Shown: positions 40,906-50,324 of the stretch, piece after piece | How the letters are laid out: each line of letters opens with the position of its first letter | Numbering within the stretch: position 1 is the stretch's first letter | Assembly (NCBI GenBank): GCA_963665235.2 | Contig: CAXXLX010000001.1 | Coordinates: forward strand, 3,968,001 to 4,032,000 | Length of the DNA: 64,000 nucleotides | Direction: 5' to 3' | Source: Candidatus Poribacteria bacterium | Lineage (GTDB): Bacteria > Poribacteria > WGA-4E > WGA-3G | Made by a program: the position numbers and the translations under genes | The notes under the pieces: model-generated | What the model was told of the DNA's origin: nothing | The model's database searches: none | The model's input: only the letters and a program-made list of their open reading frames with translations

Positions 40906-42786
40906 CTACGAGGTCCGATGGTAAAACCACCATTCAACCGTGAGGAGACAGAGGGCAAGTAAGGCAGTCCAACGCCAGACCTCCTGCCGAATAGGTTGTA
41001 TCAGTGCGGTTTCATTTCGCCGCGGCTGTGATTGGACCTCTGTTGCAGGCGGCAAAAGTGCAGATTCAGTTGCGTCAAGTAGATTAACAGTGAAACGTTC
41101 AAGCGGTGTCCCTCCAACAAAGACGGTGTAAACACCAATCTGGTCTGTCTCAGTAAAAACCGCGCCATCTGTTCCCACTAAGGTCTTATCCGGTTTTTGC
41201 ACCTGAATATCGGATTTCTCATCGGCGGGCACCTCAATACTTAAGTGTTCTCCGGTGCGAAATGCGTTCTGCGTTCTACCGCCTTGAAAAACAAGCCGTT
41301 TAATCCGGGCGGTCCCCGCTTCAAACCATTCCAAGCATCGGTAAATAAACAGGGGCCCTTCAGGAATAGTTTTGACCAAGTCACAGATTTTTGGGTTGAA
41401 CGCATCGAACTCAAAAACTAACATTTGCCTACCCGTTTCTATGCCTAGCCATATCAGCGAACCCTTCTCGGTTTCAACGAGTGAATGTCCCCAGCTCGGT
41501 AAATCCCGATGCACAGATTCCGCCACCTGTAACCCTATCAGCGATACGTCCTGCATAAGTGGATGCGTTCTGTTTTCTGCAATAATGGTGACAGGTGTTT
41601 GGGTAGTTTGAATTGGGGTTTCCTGCATGAATAGCAGTTCATCCCTCGGATTGATAAACATTAGGTTTTGCGTCTGCAAGGTGCCGAATGCGTCGCGTTT
41701 AGGGGTTGTCCCGATATCAAAAACGGTTATATCAGCGTCGCCTGTGCCGTGATATTCATCGGAGGATATCAGTTGAAGTTCCACACGGTCTCCGTAGGAC
41801 TGCAAGAGATGCTGTAATATAGGTTGTCTTCTGTCACTGACGAGCAAAATCTGTAAGGGTTTTACAGTCTGAAGGCGTGCCCAGGCCTGATTATCCAATT
41901 CAAAATCGTCGTCGATGTCAAGGTGTAGGCTGATAACCACCCCCTCTAATCCTTCCGCAGTAGTCATAAAGCGGACAGAATCTCTCTTTCTTGCGGGAAG
42001 TTTCAGCACTTTGTCATCGAAACCAACTTTACCTTCTGCTTCCAAACGAATATCAACCGTTTTTGCGGTATCTGTCCAATTCTGCACAGCGGCGAAAACG
42101 GTATACGTATTGGCCACTCTCTCCACACTGAATTGCACAATACCGACATTCTCCGCGGTGCCCCCTATCGGGATTTTGTTGATGGGAAGGTCGGGGGTGT
42201 CCGGTAAATTCTCAAACGTATCACTGATAAACAAAACGTCATCTTGGGGTGAATCTATGTACCGGACTGCTGCGTCAAGTGCTGGTCGGGGATTAGTAGC
42301 GATATGAGTTTGCCTAATATTTTCAATAGCGTGCTGTAGTTTTTCTTCATCCGTTGTGAAAGCCTGTTGGATATATGTGCCTTGTGATGCGTGCGTAGTC
42401 ATCACCATTGTGTTTCTGCTGCGTGCATGCTTTTTCGCTTCCGCCTTTGCCAATTCGAGGCGAGTTTTTCCGAGCGCGCTCGCCTGCATACTTGCCGAAT
42501 TGTCAACAACGATGACAGTTTTTCCGAGCGCGGTTCCGGTCCGATGTAACGCAGGGCGCGCCACACTGACAATGACAAGGAGTAAAAACACGGTTTGTAA
42601 AATTGGCAATAGGAGGTTTCGCAGACGTTGGAAGGGGATATTCGCTTTCTGCGCTTCAGCACTTGTGCGCCAGAGCAGTATGCTCGGGACAACGTAACGT
42701 TGTCGGCGCAGCTTCAGAAAGTGCAGCGCAATCACGATAGGAATAGTTCCGAGCAGATAAAACGCAACCGGGTTCAGGAAGGCCAT
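40906..42786 (-). CDS. BatA/vWA domain membrane protein
   Basis: MAFLNP...LHFLK BatA N-terminus, ARP, MIDAS DNSASM, FISD, C-terminal TM ...EWW. Confidence 0.85.
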   Translation of the reverse strand: MAFLNPVAFYLLGTIPIVIALHFLKLRRQRYVVPSILLWRTSAEAQKANIPFQRLRNLLLPILQTVFLLLVIVSVARPALHRTGTALGKTVIVVDNSASMQASALGKTRLELAKAEAKKHARSRNTMVMTTHASQGTYIQQAFTTDEEKLQHAIENIRQTHIATNPRPALDAAVRYIDSPQDDVLFISDTFENLPDTPDLPINKIPIGGTAENVGIVQFSVERVANTYTVFAAVQNWTDTAKTVDIRLEAEGKVGFDDKVLKLPARKRDSVRFMTTAEGLEGVVISLHLDIDDDFELDNQAWARLQTVKPLQILLVSDRRQPILQHLLQSYGDRVELQLISSDEYHGTGDADITVFDIGTTPKRDAFGTLQTQNLMFINPRDELLFMQETPIQTTQTPVTIIAENRTHPLMQDVSLIGLQVAESVHRDLPSWGHSLVETEKGSLIWLGIETGRQMLVFEFDAFNPKICDLVKTIPEGPLFIYRCLEWFEAGTARIKRLVFQGGRTQNAFRTGEHLSIEVPADEKSDIQVQKPDKTLVGTDGAVFTETDQIGVYTVFVGGTPLERFTVNLLDATESALLPPATEVQSQPRRNETALIQPIRQEVWRWTALLALCLLTVEWWFYHRTS

Positions 42787-42894
42787 TTCTCACAGTTCGC
42801 AATTGGGAGATTGCTCCTACGGGCGGATAGTTCTATATACCGCGATGGATAGGGTTTAGCTCTGCACCGCGGTATATAGAGACATTGTCCACCG

Positions 42895-43344
42895 TTAGGC
42901 GTTAGGATTTTGGGCCGGGGGTGTCGTCTGTGCTTCTGTAGCAGCGGCGGATTCTGGATTCATTTTTTCGTTGAGCTTATGAATGACCTCCTCCGCATCT
43001 AATCTGCCGACTTCACCATAGTTTTGCAGACGTTCACAAGCTACCCGAACCTTATCGTATTCAGCAAGTTCCAGATAGATGTTTGCTAAATTTTTGTGCA
43101 TCTCTCGGAAGACACCGGGCCAATTCCGTTCACCTTCCTTGTCTACAATACGGGTTGCATTTTCAATAGCCGTGTTGACAACGGTATCGAGCTCAGCTTT
43201 TTCTGCAGCGGAGGTAGATGGACTATCCTGTTGCTGTTTCTCATTGTAGGCGCGTAAGGCACCCAACGCCTTATCGCATTGATTGTAAGTCTTTTCAATG
43301 CTCAAGACACCTTCAAAGATTCTGGATAAGAACCCAAATTTCAT
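42895..43344 (-). CDS. Hypothetical helical (TPR-like) protein
   Basis: 149-aa ORF; LANIYLELAEYDK TPR-like helix. Confidence 0.65.
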   Translation of the reverse strand: MKFGFLSRIFEGVLSIEKTYNQCDKALGALRAYNEKQQQDSPSTSAAEKAELDTVVNTAIENATRIVDKEGERNWPGVFREMHKNLANIYLELAEYDKVRVACERLQNYGEVGRLDAEEVIHKLNEKMNPESAAATEAQTTPPAQNPNA

Positions 43345-43383
43345 AAAAGCAGGTCTCCATCAGGAACGGATTGCGGTCTATCC

Positions 43384-44163
43384 TTAAAAAGCACTTTTCA
43401 GTTGACCCCAGGTAACTGCCAGTTTGTTTTTCGCTTCCACAGCGAGTGCCGCGGCCACACCGATTTCCATAGAGGTTTTAACCTCCTCCTCGGTCAATGC
43501 TTTTGAATAGATGACGGCTTCATCAATAATCGCATCCTCAACCGGGTGGGTGTTTGGACCTTCACCTGCACCGACAAAGATTTCCGCTTTTTCGAATTTC
43601 TTAAACACAATGTTTTCGTCTCTTGAGCCGATTAATTCACCATCGACGTATATTTTCCCATCTTTTCCATTGGCGACTAAAACATAGTGGTACCATCTAT
43701 TCAATTCAAATGTGAAGTCAGGGAGACTTTTGTCTTTGTGGTGTCCCGCATCCCAAAACGGGTGAAAACTGGGGTCCACCATCAGGCGGAATTCGCAGCA
43801 TCCGACATCTGTCGTCTCAATTGAGATAATACCGTCCCAATTGGAATGCGCCTTTAGATGGAACCACGCTTCCATCGTAACTTCGCCGTTTTCACCGATT
43901 GGCACGACAAATTCGTTTGCGGGACTCAGTTTGACAACCCCACCAGTTAAATGGATTGCTTTGCCAAATTGACCGTCAACAAGTTTTCCAGCCCCGGCCA
44001 ATTCAGCATCGTTGCCGTTGCCGGAGTCATCTTTGACCGTCTGTCCATTAAGTTTATCGAAAGAGTAATAAACGAGGATATCAGCCTGTTCAATAGCATA
44101 CACGAGGCTGACAGCGAAAATGAACATCAAAGCGAGTGATAAAACAGTTAGATTTTTAATCAA
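43384..44163 (-). CDS. Secreted LamG/ConA-like domain protein
   Basis: YYSFD, DDSGNGND, GQFGKA, WYHYV, IYVDG, IDEAVIYSKAL; tail AVEAKNKLAVTWGQLK; AGGAGG before TTG. Confidence 0.85.
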   Translation of the reverse strand: MIKNLTVLSLALMFIFAVSLVYAIEQADILVYYSFDKLNGQTVKDDSGNGNDAELAGAGKLVDGQFGKAIHLTGGVVKLSPANEFVVPIGENGEVTMEAWFHLKAHSNWDGIISIETTDVGCCEFRLMVDPSFHPFWDAGHHKDKSLPDFTFELNRWYHYVLVANGKDGKIYVDGELIGSRDENIVFKKFEKAEIFVGAGEGPNTHPVEDAIIDEAVIYSKALTEEEVKTSMEIGVAAALAVEAKNKLAVTWGQLKSAF

Positions 44164-44303
44164 TTTACTGTTCCTCCTTAATTTTCTTAGTGACACAATT
44201 ATAACAAAAATATGGAACGGTGTCAAGGAATAAATTCGTGAAAGTTTTACAAAGTTTTACAACCCCGTTGCTAAAATCTGCGAAAAGTGCTATAATATCA
44301 ACC

Positions 44304-45119
44304 ATGACATTTTTTGAAGCAATTCTTCTCGGCATTTTACAAGGACTAACCGAATTTCTACCTATCAGCAGCTCGGGCCATCTCGTCTTGGCACAAAAGT
44401 TTCTGGGGCTGAAGGAGCCGCTCGTCTTTTTTGATGTGATGTTGCACCTCGGGACGCTAGCTGCGATTGTAGTTGTCTATTGGCGCACAATAGGACGGTT
44501 GATAGAAGGCGGATTTTCTGCTGTCGGGAGCTCCCAGTTCTATCGGCATCCGATGGCAACGCTCAACGCGTCTGCTGACCTGAAGTTTATTTGGTTCATC
44601 CTACTCGGCTCTATTCCGACAGGCATCATCGCTGTGTTGTTCAAGGATTCGCTTGAGTCTATCTTCGACAAAGTGCAGATTGTAAGCATCATGTTAATCG
44701 TTACAGGGATGATTCTTCAACTCCCTCGGTTGCGGCGGAGCAAAGAAGCGGATGCATCCCTGAAAGCATGGCATGCCCCGCTTATCGGCATAGCGCAAGG
44801 CGGTGCCATTACGCCCGGTATTTCGCGTTCCGGAACGACTATTTCGTTAGCACTCCTATTCGGAATTTCGGCAAAGACAGCAGCGGAATACTCCTTCCTG
44901 CTTTCAATTCCCGCGATACTTGGTGCCGTGGCACTCAAAATACGGGATATCGGAGACACTGCAATCCCTATTTATACAACCGCTGCGGGAATGCTTGCCG
45001 CGTTTATCGTTGGTTATATTGCGTTGCGATATCTGTTAGTGGTACTAAACCGTGGCAAATTCTCAATATTCTCCTACTACTGCATCGCTTTAGGGATAGT
45101 TGCCCTGATAATTTCTTAA
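44304..45119 (+). CDS. uppP: Undecaprenyl-diphosphate phosphatase
   Basis: QGLTEFLPISSSGHL, PGISRSG, EYSFLLSIP. Confidence 0.95.
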   Translation: MTFFEAILLGILQGLTEFLPISSSGHLVLAQKFLGLKEPLVFFDVMLHLGTLAAIVVVYWRTIGRLIEGGFSAVGSSQFYRHPMATLNASADLKFIWFILLGSIPTGIIAVLFKDSLESIFDKVQIVSIMLIVTGMILQLPRLRRSKEADASLKAWHAPLIGIAQGGAITPGISRSGTTISLALLFGISAKTAAEYSFLLSIPAILGAVALKIRDIGDTAIPIYTTAAGMLAAFIVGYIALRYLLVVLNRGKFSIFSYYCIALGIVALIIS

Positions 45120-45137
45120 GGCCCCTGCCGACAATTG

Positions 45138-46631
45138 TTACCAATACGTATACAGCAGCACCTCAGCGATAATGAGTTGGGCGGCCAGCAGCCCCGCAAC
45201 CCAATAAAAATCTGAACGGGGACGCGTCGTAAGGTATTTGGCAACAGGAATAACGAAAAACGGGACCATGAAAATCCAGATACGTTCCACCTCCATCGTA
45301 AACAGGGTCGAAAAGGTGAAAAACAGAAGCGTTATCAGAAAACCGATGACGAACGTGTCCAACTTTTCATGATGAAATATCCACCGAACACCGGCTTCTT
45401 TGTTTTCCACATCCTGCTTCCACTCACGGAGTGTTAGCATGAGTTGTCGGAGCCATACAGTTGTTATCGGAATGCCTACGCCAATTAGGAAAGCGAAGAG
45501 ATTTGCGAAACTCAAGTGGAAATACCGGTCAACGGTTTCGTATCCTGTGCCCATGCCCGCCTCATCTTTTTTTATCGCTGCCCAAAGTGCCTCAATTGGC
45601 TGGAAACCTGTTAGGATGAAAAGCAGTAGGTAAAATCCGATGAAACCTGCCCCGGCGAACAGTCCGACCTTCACGTACTGCACGAAACGCTTCCGCTCCA
45701 ATAGCGCAATGACGCACAAGAAAACACCGATGACCACCGTGGAATACGACATAAACATGCCGAGCGCAAGAGCAATTCCCGTTAATAAACTGTAGGGACG
45801 AAATGTGCGCCATCTGAGGTCCGGAGCGGTTTCGCGTGCCCTGGCTTCATAAAAGAGGTAGAGGCTAAGAATTGGAAAGACGCTAAAGGGGCCGTCCATT
45901 GACGTTGCGGTAAACATGACAAAGTTAGGCGTGATAAGGAAAAGCAGGAGGGCGTAAAGCGCGACCCTTTCACCGTACAGGCGTTCGCCAAGTTTATAGA
46001 GCGGTATGACGGTAACAGCGGTGAAAAGAATTGAGACTAACGATGCGGAGATAAGGTTGTAACCGAAAATTTTACTGGAAAACCATAAGAAAATCACGCC
46101 GCCCGGCGGATGCGTTCGCGTGTGGCCAGAAAGCGTATCAAATAGCTCTGGTGTACTGAAATCCCGTAAAAATGTACGGAGCCCATGCTTATCAACATGT
46201 GGAACATCGCCATAGTATTCCAGCGACGTTCGGGTGTAGGGCTCCAGTAGGGCTAATATACGCGTTGTCCCGTTTGCTGCCGCCTGTTCCCGATAGCCAT
46301 CAATTTGTGCAACGCTAATATGAATAGCGAGGAAACAGATAATCGCTATACCGAGCCACACCCGCCGGTTGATACCGTTTAGAAGAAGGCATTTGTGACA
46401 GAGATAGAGAAATCCGATACACACAAGCAGGGCGGGCAGAAGCCACAAACTCAGGTCAAGTTGCGGGATGGCGTAGAGCGGGACGAAGTGTCGACTATAG
46501 TTAACTGCGCCAAGGTCCAGTCCTGTTTCGCGCATAATATATACCATAAGTTTATGATATAAATAGAAAAACAGTGCAAGCGCGAAAATCTGCGTAACAA
46601 TGGACTGGACCGCTTTTTTAAAAATACGCAT
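45138..46631 (-). CDS. GT-C-like polytopic membrane glycosyltransferase
   Basis: THPPG motif, many TM helices, EVERIW. Confidence 0.65.
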   Translation of the reverse strand: MRIFKKAVQSIVTQIFALALFFYLYHKLMVYIMRETGLDLGAVNYSRHFVPLYAIPQLDLSLWLLPALLVCIGFLYLCHKCLLLNGINRRVWLGIAIICFLAIHISVAQIDGYREQAAANGTTRILALLEPYTRTSLEYYGDVPHVDKHGLRTFLRDFSTPELFDTLSGHTRTHPPGGVIFLWFSSKIFGYNLISASLVSILFTAVTVIPLYKLGERLYGERVALYALLLFLITPNFVMFTATSMDGPFSVFPILSLYLFYEARARETAPDLRWRTFRPYSLLTGIALALGMFMSYSTVVIGVFLCVIALLERKRFVQYVKVGLFAGAGFIGFYLLLFILTGFQPIEALWAAIKKDEAGMGTGYETVDRYFHLSFANLFAFLIGVGIPITTVWLRQLMLTLREWKQDVENKEAGVRWIFHHEKLDTFVIGFLITLLFFTFSTLFTMEVERIWIFMVPFFVIPVAKYLTTRPRSDFYWVAGLLAAQLIIAEVLLYTYW

Positions 46632-46709
46632 TTTTTCTGTAAGGGGTTATTATTCCACCTAGCCTTCAATCCGCTCTGCTTGCGCTGACCGTTACCCATA
46701 AATTCAGGA

Positions 46710-47030
46710 CTACTTCCCGTTTGTTACCAAAGTTCGCATGAACACAGCGAAACTCTCTGCCTGTGCAGCTGTTCGGAGCAGTGCTTTGAGACGTGGCAGG
46801 TCTTCTATACTTTCAAGCGACAGCTGTAACGTCTGATCTGTGCCAATGCGAAATCGAGTTTCAAGGACATCCAAGATGCTTTCAACAGCATTTTGTTGTC
46901 GCCCTTCTTGTCGCCCCTGTTCGATACCTTCCTGTAAGATATATCGGTAAGTTGATGATTCAAGCATAGAACCCTCCATTAAATGTTTGATTTCCGATGG
47001 GTCAGCGATTAACCCGCTCAAAATCCATTG
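46710..47030 (-). pseudogene. C-terminal remnant of an Rpn-like protein; internal ORF 46967-46710
   Basis: MLESSTYRYILQEGIEQGRQEGRQQ...LETRF; GGAGG before ATG 46967; 5' part replaced by heptamer repeats. Confidence 0.6.
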
Positions 47031-47195
47031 CCATATTAGCGATTGGCAATTAGCGGTTAGCAATTAGCAAGAGGAAGAGGACACTGACGCGCGTTAGAGT
47101 TCGGACTGTAATCAGAAAATCTTGCCAATAGCCAATGGTTTCCAATAGCCATTAGCCAGCGAAGCATAATAGGATGTTATCCTTTTACTACAATA

Positions 47196-47786
47196 ACCTA
47201 AGTTGCCACATAGTAGCATAATCTTCCAGATTGTGCCATATTTGTGTGCAAATTGGAAGTGAACGGGACAAATATTAGCTAATTATCAGCATATTTTCAT
47301 TAAAGACGGTGTTTCCAGGTCTAAAAACTTATAATACCATTTTTATTAATTATTCTATCATTACCGGTTGTTGGAAATGAAACGGAGAACGGAAGACACA
47401 AACTGGAAGTTTATGCTACGATAAAGAACACAAACTGGAAGTTTATGCTACGATAAAGAACACAAACTGGAAGTTTATGCTACGATAAAGAACACAAACT
47501 GGAAGTTTATGCTACGATAAAGAACACAAACTGGAAGTTTATGCTACGATAAAGAACACAAACTGGAAGTTTATGCTACGATAAAGAACACAAACTGGAA
47601 GTTTATGCACGATAAAGAACACAAACTGGAAGTTTATGCTACGATAAAGAACACAAACTGGAAGTTTATGCTACGATAAAGAACACAAACTGGAAGTTTA
47701 TGCTACGATAAAGAACACAAACTGGAAGTTTATGCTACAATAAAGAGATATTTTCAATTAGAAATGGTATAAGTAGCAACTTGGGT
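47196..47786. mobile_element. Family B MITE, copy 2, carrying a nested family C element
   Basis: Near-identical to 37779-37930 once 47335-47772 is removed; 7-bp TSD TACAATA. Confidence 0.85.
47335..47769. mobile_element. Family C MITE, copy 1, with ~11 x 32-bp REP tandem
   Basis: TIRs TACCATTT / AAATGGTA; TAA TSD; unit CACAAACTGGAAGTTTATGCTACGATAAAGAA. Confidence 0.85.
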
Positions 47787-47886
47787 TACAATATAGAGAT
47801 AATAAGGGACAACCAGCATTAATATTATACACTTAAATTGGAACCGATGCCAATCTTTTCAGCAGCCGAGTAAAGCTCCCCATCAT

Positions 47887-49002
47887 TCAAATCGTTTCGG
47901 AGGCTTGCAATTGCTGTGCTGCCTCTAATAACGCGTTCGCCAAAAACTCCGGATTAACCTCATCACTGCCGCGGAAGGTGCGCACCCGTTCCCCGTTCAC
48001 CTTTAGCACAGCGAGCTCTCTGCCGCCCAGATGTATACCGACCTTAGCGTTGCGTGTTTCACCGGGGCCGTTGACTTCACAGCCCATCACCGCAACTGGC
48101 ATATTGATACCGTGTTTTTCCAAAAGCTCCTCTGCAACAGCAACGATATCTTCATAACCCGCCGTAGGGTCACCGCGTCCGCAGAAGGGACAGGAGATAA
48201 CATCTAATATATCCTCTGCCATACCGAGTGCCCGCAGGAGTTCTTTGGCAGTTAACACCTCCTCAACCGGGTCGCCGGTAATGGAGATGCGGATAGTGTC
48301 CCCGATACCTTCCAACAACAACGTACCGATGCCGAGTGTAGATTTAACGTGTGCACGGCGCGGCGTGCCAGCCTCCGTTACGCCAAGGTGTAACGGATAA
48401 CGCACCTTCGCTGAAAGCAATCGGTTCGCTTCTATCATCCGTAGCGGGTCGCTGGATTTGACAGAGATGGCGATGTCCGTAAAATCGTGTGTTTCGCAGA
48501 TATTGACGTGCCGCATAGCACTCTCTACCAACGCGGCTGCTGTCGGTGATGGGTATTTTTCCAACAGGTCTTTTTCAAGCGAGCCCTCGTTAACACCGAT
48601 ACGAATGGGGATATTTGCTGCCTTGGCAGCGGATAACACCTGCGCAATCCGCTTTTCATTACCGATGTTGCCCGGGTTGATGCGAACTTTTGCAACCCCC
48701 GCATCTACCGCGGCAAGCGCGAATTGGTAGTTAAAATGGATATCAGACACAATCGGCACTGGGGAACGTTTGACTAAGGCACTGAGTGCCTTCGCGTCTC
48801 TCTCTTCTGGTACTGCGACGCGGACGATGTGCGCGCCTGCTTCCGCACACCTTTCAACCTGTGCCAACGTTGCATCGACATCGTGAGTTAGCGTTGTCGT
48901 CATCGTCTGAATAGGGATGGGATTGCCACCCCCAATCGGTACCGTTCCTACCTGAATTGTTCGGGTCGGTTTTCGGTTATCAATCTGAATTAGTTCTTTC
49001 AT
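47887..49002 (-). CDS. ispG: HMBPP synthase IspG
   Basis: IQTMTTT, SDIHF, RINPGNIG, LHLGVTEAG, GDTIRIS, CPFCGR, MGCEVNGPGE. Confidence 0.95.
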   Translation of the reverse strand: MKELIQIDNRKPTRTIQVGTVPIGGGNPIPIQTMTTTLTHDVDATLAQVERCAEAGAHIVRVAVPEERDAKALSALVKRSPVPIVSDIHFNYQFALAAVDAGVAKVRINPGNIGNEKRIAQVLSAAKAANIPIRIGVNEGSLEKDLLEKYPSPTAAALVESAMRHVNICETHDFTDIAISVKSSDPLRMIEANRLLSAKVRYPLHLGVTEAGTPRRAHVKSTLGIGTLLLEGIGDTIRISITGDPVEEVLTAKELLRALGMAEDILDVISCPFCGRGDPTAGYEDIVAVAEELLEKHGINMPVAVMGCEVNGPGETRNAKVGIHLGGRELAVLKVNGERVRTFRGSDEVNPEFLANALLEAAQQLQASETI

Positions 49003-49078
49003 AATTTTTGAATTTACTTTGCAGTTTGGTAAGGCGAATCTAAAGAAAAACGAACCTCGCCATATATAGACCGCTTTT

Positions 49079-50179
49079 TTATACAAGTGTTTTAAGTGCT
49101 TCAAGAAAACGTTCATTTTCCCGCTGTGTGCCAATAGTGACGCGAATCGCGTTTGGGTACCCGTAGCCTGCCATTTGGCGAACAATGACCCCTTTTCTCA
49201 GCATCGCCTCTGCCAGTTCGGCCCCGGAGGTGTTAACAAATACCATGATGAAATTTCCCTCGGTTTTGATATAACGCAGTCCGAGTTGATCAAAGGCGGC
49301 ATAGAGGAACATTTTTCCTTCCGCGTTCAGTTTTTGACTTCTTTCAACGTAATCGGCATCTTTCAGTGCGGCGCGTGCGGCTGCCTGTGCAACCGCGTTA
49401 CAATTAAAGGGTTGTCGAACAGGATTCATCGTGTCGATGACAGAAGCCGGTGCAATACCGTAGCCTATCCGCAAACCCGCAAGCCCATAGATCTTAGAGA
49501 ACGTTCGGGTGATAATGAAGTTACGCTCCTCCATAACATAGGCGAGCGTCTCTGGATAGTCGGGATGTGCAACGTATTCGTAATATGCTTCGTCGAAGAT
49601 AACGAGCACATCTTCTGGTACCTGTGCCATAAATTGCGCAGTTTCAGTTGCCGTAACGATTGTCCCTGTCGGGTTATTGGGATTCGCGATGAAAATTACC
49701 TTCGTTTTATCCGTAATCGCCGCGGCCATTGCTGACAGGTGATGTGCATCGTTCTGCATCGGAACGACAATGGAGGTTGCACCTGTCACCTTGGCGACGA
49801 GCCCGTAGACGACAAACGCGCCTTCAGCGTAAATCACTTCATCCCCGGGGCCGAGGTAGGTTTCACCGACCAATTGTAGCACCTCATTGGAACCGTTTGT
49901 TAGAATCAGCTGTTTTTCGGAAACGCCGAGGTGTTTTGCCAAATCTGCTTTGAGATAGTAGGCGTTGCCATCGGGATAAAGATGCACCTGTTTGGCACTA
50001 TCCGCAATCGCTTGCATCGCCAACGGTGAAGGCCCGAGTGGGTTTTCGTTCGAGGCCAACTTGATAATATCGGAGATGCCGAGTTCACGTTTGACCTCTT
50101 CTATCGGTTTGCCGCCCTGATAGGCTTTTATCGTTTCAATACCGGGTTTCGGTTTTAAGTTTTTCTGTGCTGTATTCAC
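49079..50179 (-). CDS. hisC: Histidinol-phosphate aminotransferase
   Basis: KLASNENP, NPNNPTG, DEAYYEY, RTFSKIYGLAGLRIGY. Confidence 0.95.
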   Translation of the reverse strand: MNTAQKNLKPKPGIETIKAYQGGKPIEEVKRELGISDIIKLASNENPLGPSPLAMQAIADSAKQVHLYPDGNAYYLKADLAKHLGVSEKQLILTNGSNEVLQLVGETYLGPGDEVIYAEGAFVVYGLVAKVTGATSIVVPMQNDAHHLSAMAAAITDKTKVIFIANPNNPTGTIVTATETAQFMAQVPEDVLVIFDEAYYEYVAHPDYPETLAYVMEERNFIITRTFSKIYGLAGLRIGYGIAPASVIDTMNPVRQPFNCNAVAQAAARAALKDADYVERSQKLNAEGKMFLYAAFDQLGLRYIKTEGNFIMVFVNTSGAELAEAMLRKGVIVRQMAGYGYPNAIRVTIGTQRENERFLEALKTLV

Positions 50180-50324
50180 GGGTGTCCTAATCTAAATCTG
50201 CGTTGACACTCCTTGGAAGTGCAACTTTTGGTTCTATTTCGCTACTTTCTGTCCGCTCCTTTATAGTATAACACGGTTTAGTGTTTTTTTGTAGCAAAAT
50301 TTAATTAGTCGTTCGATTGCAACA

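Noticed and set aside
42832-42880. Inverted repeat TCTATATACCGCG...CGCGGTATATAGA as an ncRNA or mobile element
   Set aside because: Single copy with no other support; may simply be an intergenic hairpin.
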